Translations under genes and position numbers: made by a program
In this document: positions 51,153-64,000 of the stretch, one piece after another
How the letters are laid out: every line of letters starts with the position of its first letter
How positions within the stretch are numbered: position 1 is the first letter of the stretch
Notes under the pieces: generated by a model
What the model was told of the DNA's origin: nothing
The model's database searches: none
The model's input: only the letters and a program-made list of their open reading frames with translations
Assembly (NCBI GenBank): GCA_028534125.1
Contig: CM052816.1
Coordinates: forward strand, 73,410,001 to 73,474,000
Reading direction: 5' to 3'
From: Lama glama
Taxonomy: Eukaryota
Length of the DNA: 64,000 nt

Positions 51153-53689
51153 AAAGGAATTCATAGCTTACATGTTATGAGGCCATATAAAGGAAAAATC
51201 AACTTTCCACTAGAAGTGTACCCAAAAATTTTCAGTTTATTTAATGCATTAGCATTTCAGGTTTTGGAAGGAATTATTTTCCCCTTTTGAAACAAAATAT
51301 TACAGTAAAACTGGTCTCCCAGTAAATTACACATTTGTTGATTTTGACATGCCCCCATGGCACCTTCTATATCAGGTGAAATAATCTTTAAAGTATCTAT
51401 AGGACCTCAATTGGGAATATGAAATTTTCTACCACTTGGTAGTTTAAGTGGTTTATAAACAGCCACCAAACACTAAAAAGTAATATTTAAGAGCTGAAGG
51501 GAATTTTTGGAGTCAACTAAGAGCCCATGCAGCAGGTACCAGCAAGCTAGGAGAAATAAAACAACAGGAAATATTGGTGGGTTTTTTTTTAAGTTAATTA
51601 CTGCCTTTGCTGACTGCATTTAATAGTTGATAGTTTAAAAGCTATCATAACTAGTGGTAGGTACTGATCAAATTCACACAAGAAGTTTAGAACGTGACAA
51701 GGACCACCTAAAAGAACTCCACATTCTATTTGTGCTGACACAGCTGTCCTTTGGGTGAGGGAGATGCGAAATTGGTATAAAGATTCTACTAGTCTTCATT
51801 CTAGAAGTAATCAAAAATTTTGTTGGTAGCTAAAAAGTGATTAAATTAATGAAATTAAAAGACTGAAATTAACAATTTTTATCCTTTGCTATATTGCAAG
51901 GAAAAATGACTTTTTGGATAACATAAAGAAACAGCCTAAGTAAGAAGCAGAAAGGGACGAGGTTTGGAGAAGGCAGAGGGGAATCAAACTAGATCAAGTA
52001 CAATGAAAGAATTTTACACAAAGGAAAATGGGAAGGAGAAAGAAATATGATTCATTGGAGGGATCCTTTGGAAAGAGATGTATAATTTCTGGGAAGAAAG
52101 CAATATGCCCTATTTCTTTGAAAAGACAAAAAGGTCTAGAAGTAGAGTTAGAAGAATTTAGTTACTGAATCTATGAAGAAGGAATAGGAGAATGGAGATG
52201 GCCATTTGTATAACTTAACATAGATAATCAGTAGTTGTTGGTGCTTCCTGAAATAAGAACCATTTCCATGCTCCATATCTCCACTGGGATATCCCAATTT
52301 ACTGGCCTAGCACTGTACCTGGAACAAAAACTAGCCAATATATATAGTTTGAAGATGAATAAGTAAATGAGTGATGACTCTGGCTCACTATCACTTACTT
52401 ACAATGCTGAATAGGGATAAATGAAATAAATAGAATAAATCTGGGAGACAGCTCTAGGAATTAGGGCTCTAAGCAGAAAAATAAAAGGTTTATTGATAGC
52501 AAGGTCTTATCCATGCTCCCATTTTAGAAGAGTTGGGAATTTTGTAAGTAGAAAGAAGATTGGAAAAATAATGGTTAGCTAAATAAATGGAGGTACAGAA
52601 CAGGCTCTACCAGGGATTGTTCTGCCAGACTGATGAACACGCTGGCTGTAGAGTGTATTGCACAGAATCATCTGGAAGCCTGTCAGGTTTACACTAGCTT
52701 TAAAATCAAAGTCTAGGGGGATGGAGAACATTGTCAGATAAAACTATAAAAGTGGACATAACGAAGGGCACCAGCCATGACAATAAAACCATCTGTGCAA
52801 CTGGTACAGACAAAAGAATTCACAGTTAAAATGACTAAAAAGAAAGTCAAGAATTCTACTGGGTATTCAAAACTGAGAGCATCAGCAATGTTTGGAGTAT
52901 AGTTCAAGATGGTAAACTATTAGGGTTTATCATTTGAAAACATGATCATAACAATGAAAAGTTGTTCTTTGTTCCAGTGACACTTCGGAAGAAGATGACG
53001 TAGATGAATTCTACACATCACAAAGACGTAAGCTTGTGTGTAACTCTTCAGCTCTGCCTTTGAAAACATAAAAGAAAACATCTCAGTGAAGGTAAAAGAA
53101 GAGAGAGAATGAGGTAAAATGTTAAAATATTCTAGAGCCTCGTTACTAAAAGTTTTGCTCCAGCTCCCAGGACTAGAGTGAGCTTGGACCCTGGAATTGT
53201 GCCCAGAGATGGCCCCAAGGTAGGGGTCCGGGGCCCGTCATATCAGGAACAGTGTTTACCTAAGAAGCTAAAGGTCTTGTAACTGGAGGAAAAAACTGGA
53301 TCTTAGTTGAAAGGAAAACAGTATTGAATGGCAGATTTAAAGATCAAGACAAGGCAGAAAAGAAGAGCGGTCAGAAGCCGGAAGGATTAAGGGTGAGCTA
53401 GTCTGTTGTGGAAAAGTTTGTGACAAGCAGTTCACAATTAAAGCAACAGACAGAAAGCAAGAGAGTGTTTGTATTACCCTCACAGGGGATATTTGGAGCA
53501 TGAGAGGTGGGTGGGGGCAGGAATAGTAACAGGTGGCAGAGGCAGCAGCTTAAAAGAATCAGAGAAAACAGACCTGAAAAAGAAGAAATATAATGGTGTG
53601 GGGAATTTTCAGCTTCCCTGCTATCTGTTAAAAGTCTCATCCTGTCATGAGAAAAGGCACTTTGAAATCATCATGTAAAGCATAAATTT

Positions 53690-53905
53690 TAGAATCGAAT
53701 AGGTTTAACTTGGAACCTGGCTCTGCAGGGCTGTATGATTATTAGGTAAGAAATTAATCTCTACTTTGGCCTCAAACTTCTTATCTGTAAAATAGGAATT
53801 ATAATAATGGTAAATACATCACTGTGATGTCAGGAAGATTAAGTAAGAAGATAAGTTTAAAGATTTGGGTCATGTGCTTACTAATCCCTATATAAATATT
53901 AGTCT
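53690..53905 (+). mobile_element. MIR SINE
   Basis: 'cctggctctgc...ggcctcaaacttcttatctgtaaaataggaattataataatg...gaagattaag'. Confidence 0.7.
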
Positions 53906-54174
53906 ACTCTTCTGATTAATATTTAGCTAAAAGTAAACTATCTAAAAAAATTCTTTATTTCCCTTGAAGTAAATTTTTTTCTACCAACGTGATTCATTAT
54001 CAACCTGATTTATTTTTCTATCAACTTGATTCATTATCAAGCCACTAGGTATTAGTGATTATTATATTATTATTATTATCCAGTCCAACAATCTGATTCT
54101 TAAGGAAGACTTGGTTAGAGGGGTGGAAATGAGCAGAACTTTGGACAGAGCTGTCTTGTCCTGTGATCTTAAAG

Positions 54175-54330
54175 CAGTGCTTCTCTATTTAGAAGGCACC
54201 TGAAGGTCTTTTTAACATGCCCTTTCTGGGTCAGTCGGCCTAGCATGGGGGCCTGAGAGTCTGCATTTCTGCCACACTACCAGGTAATGCTAATGATGCT
54301 GGTTTACGTGCCACACCTTGAATAGAAAGG
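54175..54330 (+). mobile_element. MER5A hAT-Charlie MITE
   Basis: 'cagtgcttctc...gggcctgagagtctgcatttct...ccaggtaatgctaatgatgctggtttacgtgccacaccttgaa'. Confidence 0.75.
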
Positions 54331-55169
54331 CTACAGACTATCTGCAAGTGAGTAAAGGAAACACGGAAGGATGTCAGACCCATAACATGGATTTCAGGAA
54401 GGCCAATGTCAGAGGCAGCAGAAATATTGATAAGATTTCCTGGATCAAGGCCTAAAAAGAAGATGGTTCAGATCCAAAACCAATGATATAAAATGTAGTT
54501 TTCAAAAATGAAAATCTGACTTTATAATCTCCAGTAATCCTGAAGGGGATTTCTACATAGCCATCAACCTCAATTTTTTTAAATATCATGTACAGAAAAT
54601 GAAAGAAAGAAAAATAACTAAGGAATAAGATAAAAGCGGTCTAGGCCTGCAAACGTAAAAAAATTAAAAAGTTGATATATCCTAGAATTTACTGAGGTTT
54701 CTAAAGCCACCTAAAATTAATTTTTAAAAATATTTTTATAGCAAGAAGGACACAAAGAAATAGACTCTCTGTAAAAAGATTAACCTGTCAAAAGGTTATA
54801 GAGAGAACAGCAAATTCCTGTTTTCAGTCTGCTCCAAAACCATGATCTACACTCTAGAAAGTAGAGAATTAAAATTGGTACAAAGGACAAGAAGCTAGTT
54901 AGTGGTGAGACTATTACATGATACAATTTCACTAAATGAGTTCAAGTTTTCCTGTTTCATACTAGTTAGAGATTGCTGAACAGAATCTTTGTGAAACCAT
55001 AATGAACATAAAAGTTCTAGAAGACCCTAAATGACCAAATCTTGTCCTATTTGTTTTAATAGTGGTTTCTGTGAAGTTTTGTCTAATAAATATGCTGCTA
55101 ATCTTTAGCTGGATTTGAGACATATTTTTAAAAGATGATCAAGAAAGTCAAAGTCTTTTTTTTGTAACA

Positions 55170-55460
55170 TTTTTCTTCTTTGTCCAATGGACTTCTATTC
55201 ATCCTTAAAGAACTTATCCAAATGTGACTTCCTTGAAGTAATTTCCAATTCTTGTAGAATTAGTTATATTCTCTGGGTTCTTAATAATCTTAGAATAAAC
55301 TTCTTACCTCACTTAACAACTAAACTGTATTTAACAACATTATATTTTGGTTTCTCATTTGCATATCTACTTTCCAAATTGGCAGAGAGTGGCTTATTTT
55401 TATCCTTAAAATCATCCTTATGTTCTGCATAGGGCACGAGATATAGTAGATGTTTAACAG
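55170..55460 (+). mobile_element. L2 3' end
   Basis: 'ttctattcatccttaaagaacttatccaaatgtgacttcc...gcatagggcacgagatatagtagatgtttaa'. Confidence 0.55.
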
Positions 55461-55604
55461 AGGTTTCAAAATTGGAGTCTGCACACATAGAACATACAAC
55501 TGAATTCAATCTTAAGTTGTATTCACAGAAATATAGTGTGTAAAATAAGAGAGATGTCCCAGTCAACTGAGTGGTGCACAAACTATATCTCAAGGAGAAA
55601 ATGC

Positions 55605-55770
55605 AGTTTATACAGTTAGTAAGAGCATGGACTTTGCAGCCCAGAGTACCTGGATTCATGATGTTATTACCAGCTATGTCATATACCTGGGTGAGTTGTT
55701 TAACCTCTTATTCTCCATGTGGATAATAATAGTACTGCTGCATAGTGCACTAGAATGATTAATTGAAATT

Positions 55771-55802
<32 letters not shown>

Positions 55803-55870
55803 GTATATATATATCAGTTAAAAACAGTGGCTAGCACATAAGCCATGGTATTATTGTTATATTAATATTA
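55605..55870 (+). mobile_element. MIR containing a (CA)n(TA)n compound microsatellite
   Basis: 'agttagtaagagcatggactttgcagccc...cctggattca'; repeat at 55771-55814. Confidence 0.75.
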
Positions 55871-55889
55871 TTAGAATTATTTGAGATGC

Positions 55890-56300
55890 ATGCTGCAGTC
55901 TAAGAGCACCGTTGATAAGTACCCAGTCCAGAGATGAGTCCAGTGACAGAGAGAGCAAAATATTAAAAATCATAAGGAAGGATAAAACATCTCAAGCTGT
56001 TATACTGGAACTGATATTTGAGAAAGGTGAAGGGGACACAAGATAGGATAGCTGTCTTCAAAAATAAGAGCATGAGCACCTTTGATCTAGAAAACTCAAG
56101 AGGACAAAAGCAGGACCAAAACCGGACACAACATAGAGAGAGATTTAAGTTCAAATTTAAAATGAAAAATCACACACACACACACCCCGTACCTCATGCA
56201 GAGTAACTAGAATGGGATGTTTTAACTAGAATGGGATGTCTCCAGAGCTATTTAAGCAGGATTTAGACAACATGCTGGTAGGGATGATAAACACGAGGCT
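55890..56300 (+). mobile_element. L3/CR1 LINE 3' fragment
   Basis: 'gatagctgtcttcaaaaata', 'gagagatttaagttcaaat', 'tatttaagcaggatttagacaacatgctggtagggatg'. Confidence 0.6.
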
Positions 56301-56979
56301 GAATTACTGAAGGCCCCAGAGGGCTATGCTACCTGGTTCACATACAGTACTTGAATTCTGTTCCCTTCGTTTTATAGCCAAGGAACTGAGGTCCAGGAAA
56401 ATGAAGAAATTTGACCCTAGACAGACATAGGATTAATTAACTGCAGATCCTGAGCTAGAACCCAGTTTGCCAAATTCCTCCTCCAGAGGTCTTTTTAAAG
56501 TTTTCTTGCTTACAAAAAGAAAGCATTTTCCAGAACCAGTAGGGGTGTGCTCCCAAGTAAGAGTATGAGGCAGAGTTCTTCAGAAAAAGTGAGTAGAGAA
56601 AACCCTGTGGAGTAAAGTCACCTAATCTTGAATATATAATGTCTAGCGCTTCTCTGGTGGCTTTTTGTATGCTGTTCCCAGACATGAGTTTATTTGTGTA
56701 TATATCTGCATGGAGCATTCTATAATGCAAAGCTTAATGAGTATAGACTATGTTAACCTGAGAATATACTTGCTAATTTTGTTTCCTACATACTAAATTT
56801 TCACCTGAAATAAATGCATGCTAGGCTTCAGTTCAATGGTTATATAAATCAGTTGACTTATCTCTCCATCCATTTGCCTACATACATGTGATATTTGCGC
56901 TTTTCCAGAAAAACATTTTGAAAAGCATGAGCTTTTTGTACAAAGAGACTCACTAGGAGAGATGATAAGTCCTGCTGAT

Positions 56980-57125
56980 TGACAGCCAGCAGCTGTGGGC
57001 TCAGACGTCCTTCATTCAGTTTCTGAATTTAGGAAAACTGCTTACCTTCTAAAAACCTCAGCTTTTGCCTCTATAAAATGGAGGTAACAGTAGTACCTAT
57101 GTTACAAAATTGTGAGGATTAATTA
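56980..57125 (+). mobile_element. MIR fragment
   Basis: 'cctcagcttttgcctctataaaatggaggtaacagtagtacctatgttacaaaattgtgaggattaa'. Confidence 0.7.
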
Positions 57126-57902
57126 AAATGCTTCCTGCTGGAGTACTATTTAATTTTCAATTTGGTCTTATTCAGTATTTTTATGTTCAGTGTTCACATG
57201 GGAATTAACTGAAAGACCAGAACAAGCAACTCAAAAATGTGGACTTCAGCTAGAGTGAACACATAGTTAGGAAGTTCATGGGCCATTTAGGCCACCTGTC
57301 CATCTGATGCTCATATCACTTCCATGATCCTTCTACCAAGGCATCAACAAGCCTGTGCCTAAACATCTCAAGAGCTATCACCCAACTTAAACTATGTCTA
57401 ACAGTAATAACAAAACTGAGTGAAGTAGAGAAATTTCCTTAATATAATACCTTGTTGGTTTATAGAAGAGTTTATTTTACTTTTTCAGGCATCAATGAAG
57501 AATAAAGTAAAAGACTGATTACTCGTTTGACTGATAAAACGTAATATGAGATATGTCAGGGATAAAATAATTAAGAAATCTTAAGTGTACAATAAACTAT
57601 ATATTCCAAGTAAGTTTTGTAATCAGAAGATATTTTGTACACTGTGGGAAAGATGAGAATGTTTGAGAAACTATCCTTACCCCTTCTCAAAATGTTCACG
57701 ATTATGAATCCTCTCCTTTGTCTTTCCTTTCATAAGAATATATGCCTTATGAGAGAAAGGCCTCTATTTTTTCACTGATGTACCCCCACATGCTTAGAAT
57801 ACTTGACAAATAATTGGTTGGTACTCAATAAATATCAGTTGAATACATGAATAAAAAAGTGAATTGGCAAGTGATAATGGAAAGACTTTATGAAAGGAAA
57901 TT

Positions 57903-58171
57903 TAAGTTGGCCAGATTTAACAAATTAAAAACAGAAACTTCTTATGGTAACAAAAATAAATCATTGGGGCGAGGGTATAGCCCAGTGGTAGAGTGCAATG
58001 TTTAGTTTGCACAAGGTCCTGGGTTCAATCCCCAGTACCTTCATCTTAAAAAAAAAAAAAAATAATAATAAATCAAATTACCTCCCACCAATTTTTAAAT
58101 CAATCAATCAATCATCATTTATCTGAAATTCAAATGTAATTGATTGTCCTGTGTCTTATCTGGCAACTCTA
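57903..58171. mobile_element. MER53-like hAT MITE split by a SINE
   Basis: Left end 'taagttggccagatttaacaaat', right end 'tttatctgaaattcaaatgtaattgattgtcctgtgtcttatctggcaactcta' (inverted termini). Confidence 0.65.
57966..58115 (+). mobile_element. tRNA-Ala-derived SINE (camelid Vic-1-like)
   Basis: 'ggggcgagggtatagcccagtggtagagtgc...aaggtcctgggttcaatccccagtacc' with A and B boxes, A-rich linker, 'aattacctccc' and (AATC)n tail. Confidence 0.88.
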
Positions 58172-58889
58172 CATTTAGAAAGAAAAAAGAAAAAAATCTA
58201 AGGGCAAAGTATGTGAAATCATCAATATTTACCTATAATAAAGAAAGATAAATTTTTCCAAGATGATGTGAAACCATGATACATGTTTAAAAAAATGAAA
58301 CTTGAATCAAATGGGATAAAGTCAAAGCCTCTTAAAAAACCCAGTTTGTTTTTTTATCATCTTGCTAGACTCAAAGAGATGTTATGACCTATCCTATCAT
58401 GTGTATATGTGGGTGTATTTTGGGATAAACCCTAAAACAGCTTTTGAATGTTTCCTATACTTTGTCCTTCTCTACATGGAGGTCATTAGGGATGAGCTCT
58501 TGCTATTGGTTGCAAGTATGACCTTATACTTGCGTTTCATATGGAATCTTAAGAGAATTATTACATTAAAAATAAAATAAATATCACACAGTTTTTTTTT
58601 TTATTCACTAACACTGCAAACTTCATACTGACAATTTTCTAAATATTAAGCAAACCCCTGATCTCCCAGACTGGTGACTCTTACTGATCATTGAGGCCAA
58701 ATTTACCATTTTAAAAAGTGAACAAATATTATTTGTGAATACTGTTCACTGAATGAATCACATCTTAGGACAAAACAAAATGTAAATAGGAGTGTCACCA
58801 CCGTTTCTTTTTTCAGTTGATTTCTCATTAGAATGTTTTTTTGTTGCCTCATACATTTTTAATATTCATTGAATGAATAAAATAATGAA

Positions 58890-59062
58890 ATAATGTCTCA
58901 GTTACTTTTTCTGTAAAATGGGGACAATAATGTATCTATCCCATAGTGTTGTTATGAAGATTGAATGAGTTAATATAGGCAAAGTGCTTGGACTAGTGAG
59001 TAGCACATAGTAAATGTTATCCTCCATCATCATAATCATCATCATCATCATCATCATCATTA
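58890..59062 (+). mobile_element. MIR 3' half ending in a (CAT)n repeat
   Basis: 'ctgtaaaatggggacaataatgtatctatcccatagtgttgttatgaagattgaatgagttaat...gcacatagtaaatg'. Confidence 0.8.
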
Positions 59063-60197
59063 GCAGCAACAGCAGCATAACTCATAGCTGAGTCTTTTTC
59101 TAGTGACTATTTCAGAATTTCAGACTCTGGAGTTTTGTTGTTTTGTTTTTGGGGTTTTTTTTTTTTTTTTTTGGTGCTTCTAGTCACTCTTCTTGTTAGA
59201 AGCCTGGTCTCATGCTGGATAGACTACTCTGTTTTTTAAAGAAACCTCATTTCTTCTACAGGAGTCTAGCCTAGGAAGTTTCCTTAAAAAGCGACATCTC
59301 TCTTTTATGTTTGACTGTTTATTCCCCCGCCCAAACTGCTTCTTCAGAATCCTCTCCTGAATGTTGATTACAATAGCTTAACTCTGTTTAACTGTGCTGC
59401 CTGGTCCTTCCAATGTTCCCCTTTTATTCTAAAAGTCTATTGTGATATCATTGTCTCGGCTGCTTTTAATCAGACTACATCAATTGAAAATGGAGAATGA
59501 TCCTACAAATGGTCTTTTACAGTCCAGATCTATTTGACACAGAAAAGCATGTTTTACACTACATTGGCTATTTAGTAGTTACATTAGAACTTCCTGTCAT
59601 CTCCTGCTTGAATAGACCCAGATTGACAGACCCAGATTAAATGTTTAGTACATGTCATGGTTTAAAATACTCAGTATACTAAGCTAGTTAATGTTCTTTC
59701 TGTATATATGACATCTCTCAAGTTCTCTTAGAACAGTAATATTAATAAGCATAATTAACATAAAATTCTTTCTAGCAACATTAATCTGTGATTGAATGAA
59801 GTCACTAAAATCTTCTTCCCAGCATATTCCCAAAATTGCCCTCCTGAAACACCTTGCATAATAGCTAAAGATACAAGACTATTTCTCTTGGACTTTCTTA
59901 CTATAGAAAAACACATTTCACATTTCTAATGAGATCGTGTTCCGAATCTGCCAGAATCCAGTGTTTGATTCCCTACTTGCTGGAATCAAGATGTACTAAG
60001 CCACCCTCAGCTGGCCAAATTTGCTTACTTCACTTAACCCTTTAATTTGTTTCACATGGTATTATTTCTTTCAATAAATATGTAAACATATGTAATTAAC
60101 TTTTAAAAATATTTTTCAGGGCTAATAAAATTTTCTTTTTTTAATATAACTGTATCTCTTCCCTCTTTTTAAGTATCCATACTTTAGATAATCTAAA

Positions 60198-60345
60198 CCA
60201 GTAGCTCTCAACTTTGGCTGTGCAGCATTTTAAAAATACAGATGTTCTGTCTGACTCCCAGAGAAATGAATGAAAAGTCTTATGGTTTGAATACAGGAAT
60301 TATATTTTTTAGGTAAGCTTTTTAAGACAGTCTGATGATCAGCCA
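60198..60345 (+). mobile_element. MER5-like MITE
   Basis: 'ccagtagctctcaactttggctgtgc...ttttaaaaatacagatgttc...ctgatgatcagcca'. Confidence 0.55.
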
Positions 60346-63330
60346 TGAGATTCTTCCCATTTCATTCAATTGAGAAATAATTAAACAAATTTGTAATATT
60401 ATTATTGTTTTTATTACAGACTGAAATAACAAAGATAATAAGATAGTAAAGAATAAAGCCAAAATCTAGAAATGAGAAAGAAGCATACACCAGCCTTATT
60501 ACTTTACATCTTAGCATATCATCTATAATTGGGAACACCTTGTTATTAAAAGTCTTAGTTTTTGGCAAAGAATGTGGCACTGGAAAACTGCCTGTTGTAT
60601 CTTTTAATATCTTTGACATGAATGACATCAGAGTTTTTTGCTCTTCAAATGCCTTTTTTTTTTTTTTTGGTGTAAGTATTCTGATGAAAAAGGATAACCA
60701 AGGAGCAGTCACATTATGTAAATGAAGTTTTGAGCTAATTACTAACAATGATTTTCAATGTGATGAAAAGATGTATTAATTTGAATTTTAATGATTAGTT
60801 ATTTACACACTTTTAAAATAATTTACAACTTAACAGGAAAATAGAAAATATAACTGTACTTTAGAATCTTTTTGTTAATCCCAAACATATTGCATGCATT
60901 TTAAATAATGCTAGGCAGAAGATACCATATCATGATGCTTCAATCATCCATTTTAATCTTAATAAAAATTCAGAGAATTTGTTAATCAACATGTATCATG
61001 ATTAAACAGATAAATTTCTAATTAGTTTTAGAACCAAATGCAGAAGAATCTTAGTAGGGAGGAAATACCTTTTCTTGGAAAGGTTGTACTTCTAAGTTTA
61101 AACAACTGTGTCTTGGTCTCTGACTCATATAATGTACATTAATATCTATGTACCATAATAAGACTTTAAAGTGGAATGTGGTCTGTTGATTTGTAGTATC
61201 TATTCAAATACAAGTTATTAACTCAATTATCCAGGGGCCTATTTTCCAGTTTATGAATTATTTATTTCCTTTGTTTTGAAAAGATTATTATAGCTATCAG
61301 GGCCAAGATAATATTAAATCTCCAAACTTAATGACAATGCTCATGAGATACTGAAGCATGGAAGGGAGGCACTGATTACCAAGGCAAATAACTTTTGTTT
61401 GAATGAAGAGCCTTAGCAAAATGCTTCAGAATTTCAAAGACTCATTTTATATGGATAACTGAACAACAGCATAAAATGAGCTACCCAAGAATCCCCCATG
61501 TGCTTTTAATTTGAAGTGAAAGGCAACAGATAGGCCTTGCCAACATTAAATGTAGGAAAGGGGCTGATAGCATGAACTATAGCCTCGACTCTTATTTGAT
61601 ACCATTAGCAAACCAAACCAAAGTTCTGGCCATTGATTGGGCTTGTCTACCCTGAGCCCACCAAACTTCGGGATGATTTAAGTTTTTCCAAACAAAGAAC
61701 ATTCTATTTGGCCCTTCCCCATGAATGAATTAAAATGCAGAATAAGTAACAGGATTTAACCCATTATACAATAGATAATTTTGAACTTGGTGTTAAAAAA
61801 TGTTTCTAAAATTTGAGAAACTCTTCTAATTTCATCAAAAATAATGACAAAGCCACTAACTATAGCTACTACTAACTATACTTATAATAAGACTTGTTGC
61901 TTTATAGATATAAGGCAGTGCTATGGGTAAATGTTATTAATGACAGGTACCAACCTGATACAGGAAAATGCTGTATGACTAAAACTTCTGTGAACAATGT
62001 TCAGCTAAAAGTGATCTTTAATTCAGCTTTGAATTTTCTGAGGTTTTTGGATAGATTTTATTGCCCAAATGGGAATTATTGGTCAAATGACAACACTGTG
62101 AGATTTGTAACTACCCTACATTTTACATCTTTTTTGTTGTCATTTTATTAGTGTCACCTTTGAGTCTCTTTAGACATTAAGAAGAGATAACTTAAAACCA
62201 CAAATTCCTAACCAAAAAATGTGTTTTCTATTAGACAGCAGAATTGACACACTTTACTGGAACTCCATCAGATTTAACTTATATACTAGGTGAGGAGGAA
62301 ATTAATACCTGAAACAATCCTGTTTAAAACATTCATCACTTCCTCCTGCACCATCATCAGAAAACCAAGATCTTTATGGTAAGAATGCTAAACAGTGACT
62401 TTAAATTATCACAATCCCTTATATTTTAGTAAATTTCAACTGACATTTACTTGTGAATTGTATAATCTTATACCTCACAGAAAGCATTATTCCATGAAAA
62501 ATAGTATAACAATAGATTTCTCCTGAGATGGAAGGAAGAACTTAAAAATAGGTCACTTGCCAGCCATCTATAATGAATTCTGTTGCTGGACCAACTTAAG
62601 CCTAGAAAATATCTGTGGCAATTGTCCAAAGCAGTCTGGTTGACTCGTAAAGAGCTTGATTTTTAAAAATCTGTATTTAGGCAATACTTCTTTCAAAGTT
62701 CATGGACTGAAGCTAGAGATGGGCTTTACTTCTTTTATAGTTCTATTATCTCAACCAAAGTAGGTACTTAAAGTCCAAAGGTAGCTATTATTTTAAAAAA
62801 TAAAAATTCAGCAATAAAATTTCAATGACATCATCATCCAAATCAATTACCAAAGTCCTCTGAACAGTGTTACTAGGGCATTTAATTAAAATATACCATG
62901 ACTATAAAGTTAAAAGTGTTTTTTCTTTCAAATTTCAAAAACAATGAACATAGACATATTTTGAGGGGGAATTATAGATACTTTTGATAACTTAGAAAAT
63001 CAAATAAAAAACTAATTAGTATATTTAAGTATCAAGAGGAATCTACTAGCATATATATTTTAAAACACCTAAACCACGGCAATATCATCTGTCTGCTCTC
63101 CTAACTGAAAGAAAAATATGCATTTTCATCATTCAGCGTCTTCTTGAGATCTCACCTTGTAGAATGATCAGAATTAGTGTTTTACTAAGTGCCACCCTGT
63201 CTGGATTTGGACACATTCTTCATGAATTGCTGCGGCGAAACACACTTCCCAAACTTCATGCCCTTATTCTCAGTCCCTCCTCCTAGAGTAGTAATATGTA
63301 TTTAGTGATAATGTTTTATGGTCTTGAGTT

Positions 63331-63560
63331 CAGGGATCGTGAACTCAAAAGCCATCAGAGACATGGAAAGTAATGTTAATTCATAAAGCAACCAAGTGCA
63401 AGGTAACAGAGAGGATCAGGACCTATGGTGAACTGCAAAATAGATACAAACTCCAAAGCATTCAAATTCAAATGATAATTTTTTTTTTAAACACTGAGTT
63501 AGCCCAACAAGACAGGTTAACAGAATTGCTTCAGCCTAATGCTGCCATGTAACATCTTTT
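63331..63560. mobile_element. MER102-like hAT element
   Basis: 'gaactcaaaagccatcagagac...gcattcaaattcaaat...aaacactgagttagcccaacaagaca'. Confidence 0.5.
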
Positions 63561-63569
63561 AGTCTAGAT

Positions 63570-63742
63570 CAGTGGATCTAAAGACTGACTATACATTAGA
63601 GTCACTGCAGAGTGAAAGCAAAACAGAACTACATACATCTAGGCCCCTCCTTCAGAAATTTTAATCAGTTTGTCTGGAGTGGGGCTCATGGCATTCAAGT
63701 TCCCTAGACGATGCCAGTGTCTGCCAAAGTTGAGACCCTGTG
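63570..63742 (+). mobile_element. MER5A-like MITE
   Basis: 'cagtggatctaaag...cattagagtcac...ctaggcccctccttcagaaattttaatcagtttgtctggagtgggg...aaagttgagaccc'. Confidence 0.7.
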
Positions 63743-64000
63743 GTCTGAGTAACAGATTTCAGATCTAATAAATAGATATTTTGTATCACATGAAGAATTT
63801 TTTTTTGCAAGATGTTAATTCCTACAGGAATGGGATGGTAATTTACATATTTATGATAAAGCCAATTCACTGAGCTATTTTACAAATGCTAGTGGAAGCT
63901 TTCTCTACACTATCTTCAGTCCCACATTAATTTGTCAAATAGTAAGCTGAGGTTAGGGCTACAGCCAGCCACCTCACCTGTAGCTGTATATAGCAGTAAA

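Noticed and set aside
57966..58045. tRNA-Ala-like sequence
   Set aside because: Degenerate stems, A-rich tail and insertion context mark it as a SINE, not a tRNA gene
60362..60748. Longest ORF near the window end (128 aa, minus strand)
   Set aside because: Non-ATG start, crosses a poly-A run (KKKKK), no recognisable domain; consistent with chance
1..64000. CRISPR arrays, operons, rRNA, snRNA or well-known miRNA hairpins
   Set aside because: None seen by eye; the window is mammalian repeat-rich DNA. An Rfam/Infernal scan would be needed to exclude small RNAs rigorously

Overview
AT-rich, CpG-poor mammalian non-coding DNA (intergenic or inside a large intron). Two tRNA-Ala-type SINEs and the L1 3' ends resemble camelid elements (Vic-1-like), so the source is probably Camelus, Vicugna or Lama; this is inference from recalled consensus sequences. 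I recognise no known protein-coding gene, RNA gene, CpG island or prokaryotic system. The only ORFs in the track with recognisable similarity are decayed L1 ORF2 fragments. Much of the window is interspersed repeat: L1 of several ages, L2, L3, MIR, MaLR and ERV1 LTR elements, hAT/Tigger MERs and microsatellites. The best-supported oddities are retrotransposon architectures: a twin-primed L1 with a foreign 3' end inside one TSD pair (7.6-9.2 kb) and an internally rearranged ancient L1/HAL1 ORF1 (38.3-38.8 kb). The most speculative lead is a chain of small minus-strand exon-like segments at 33.4-35.4 kb that splice in frame into a 100-aa peptide with a signal-peptide-like start. All repeat family names come from memory and need RepeatMasker/Dfam confirmation; boundaries without TSDs are approximate.
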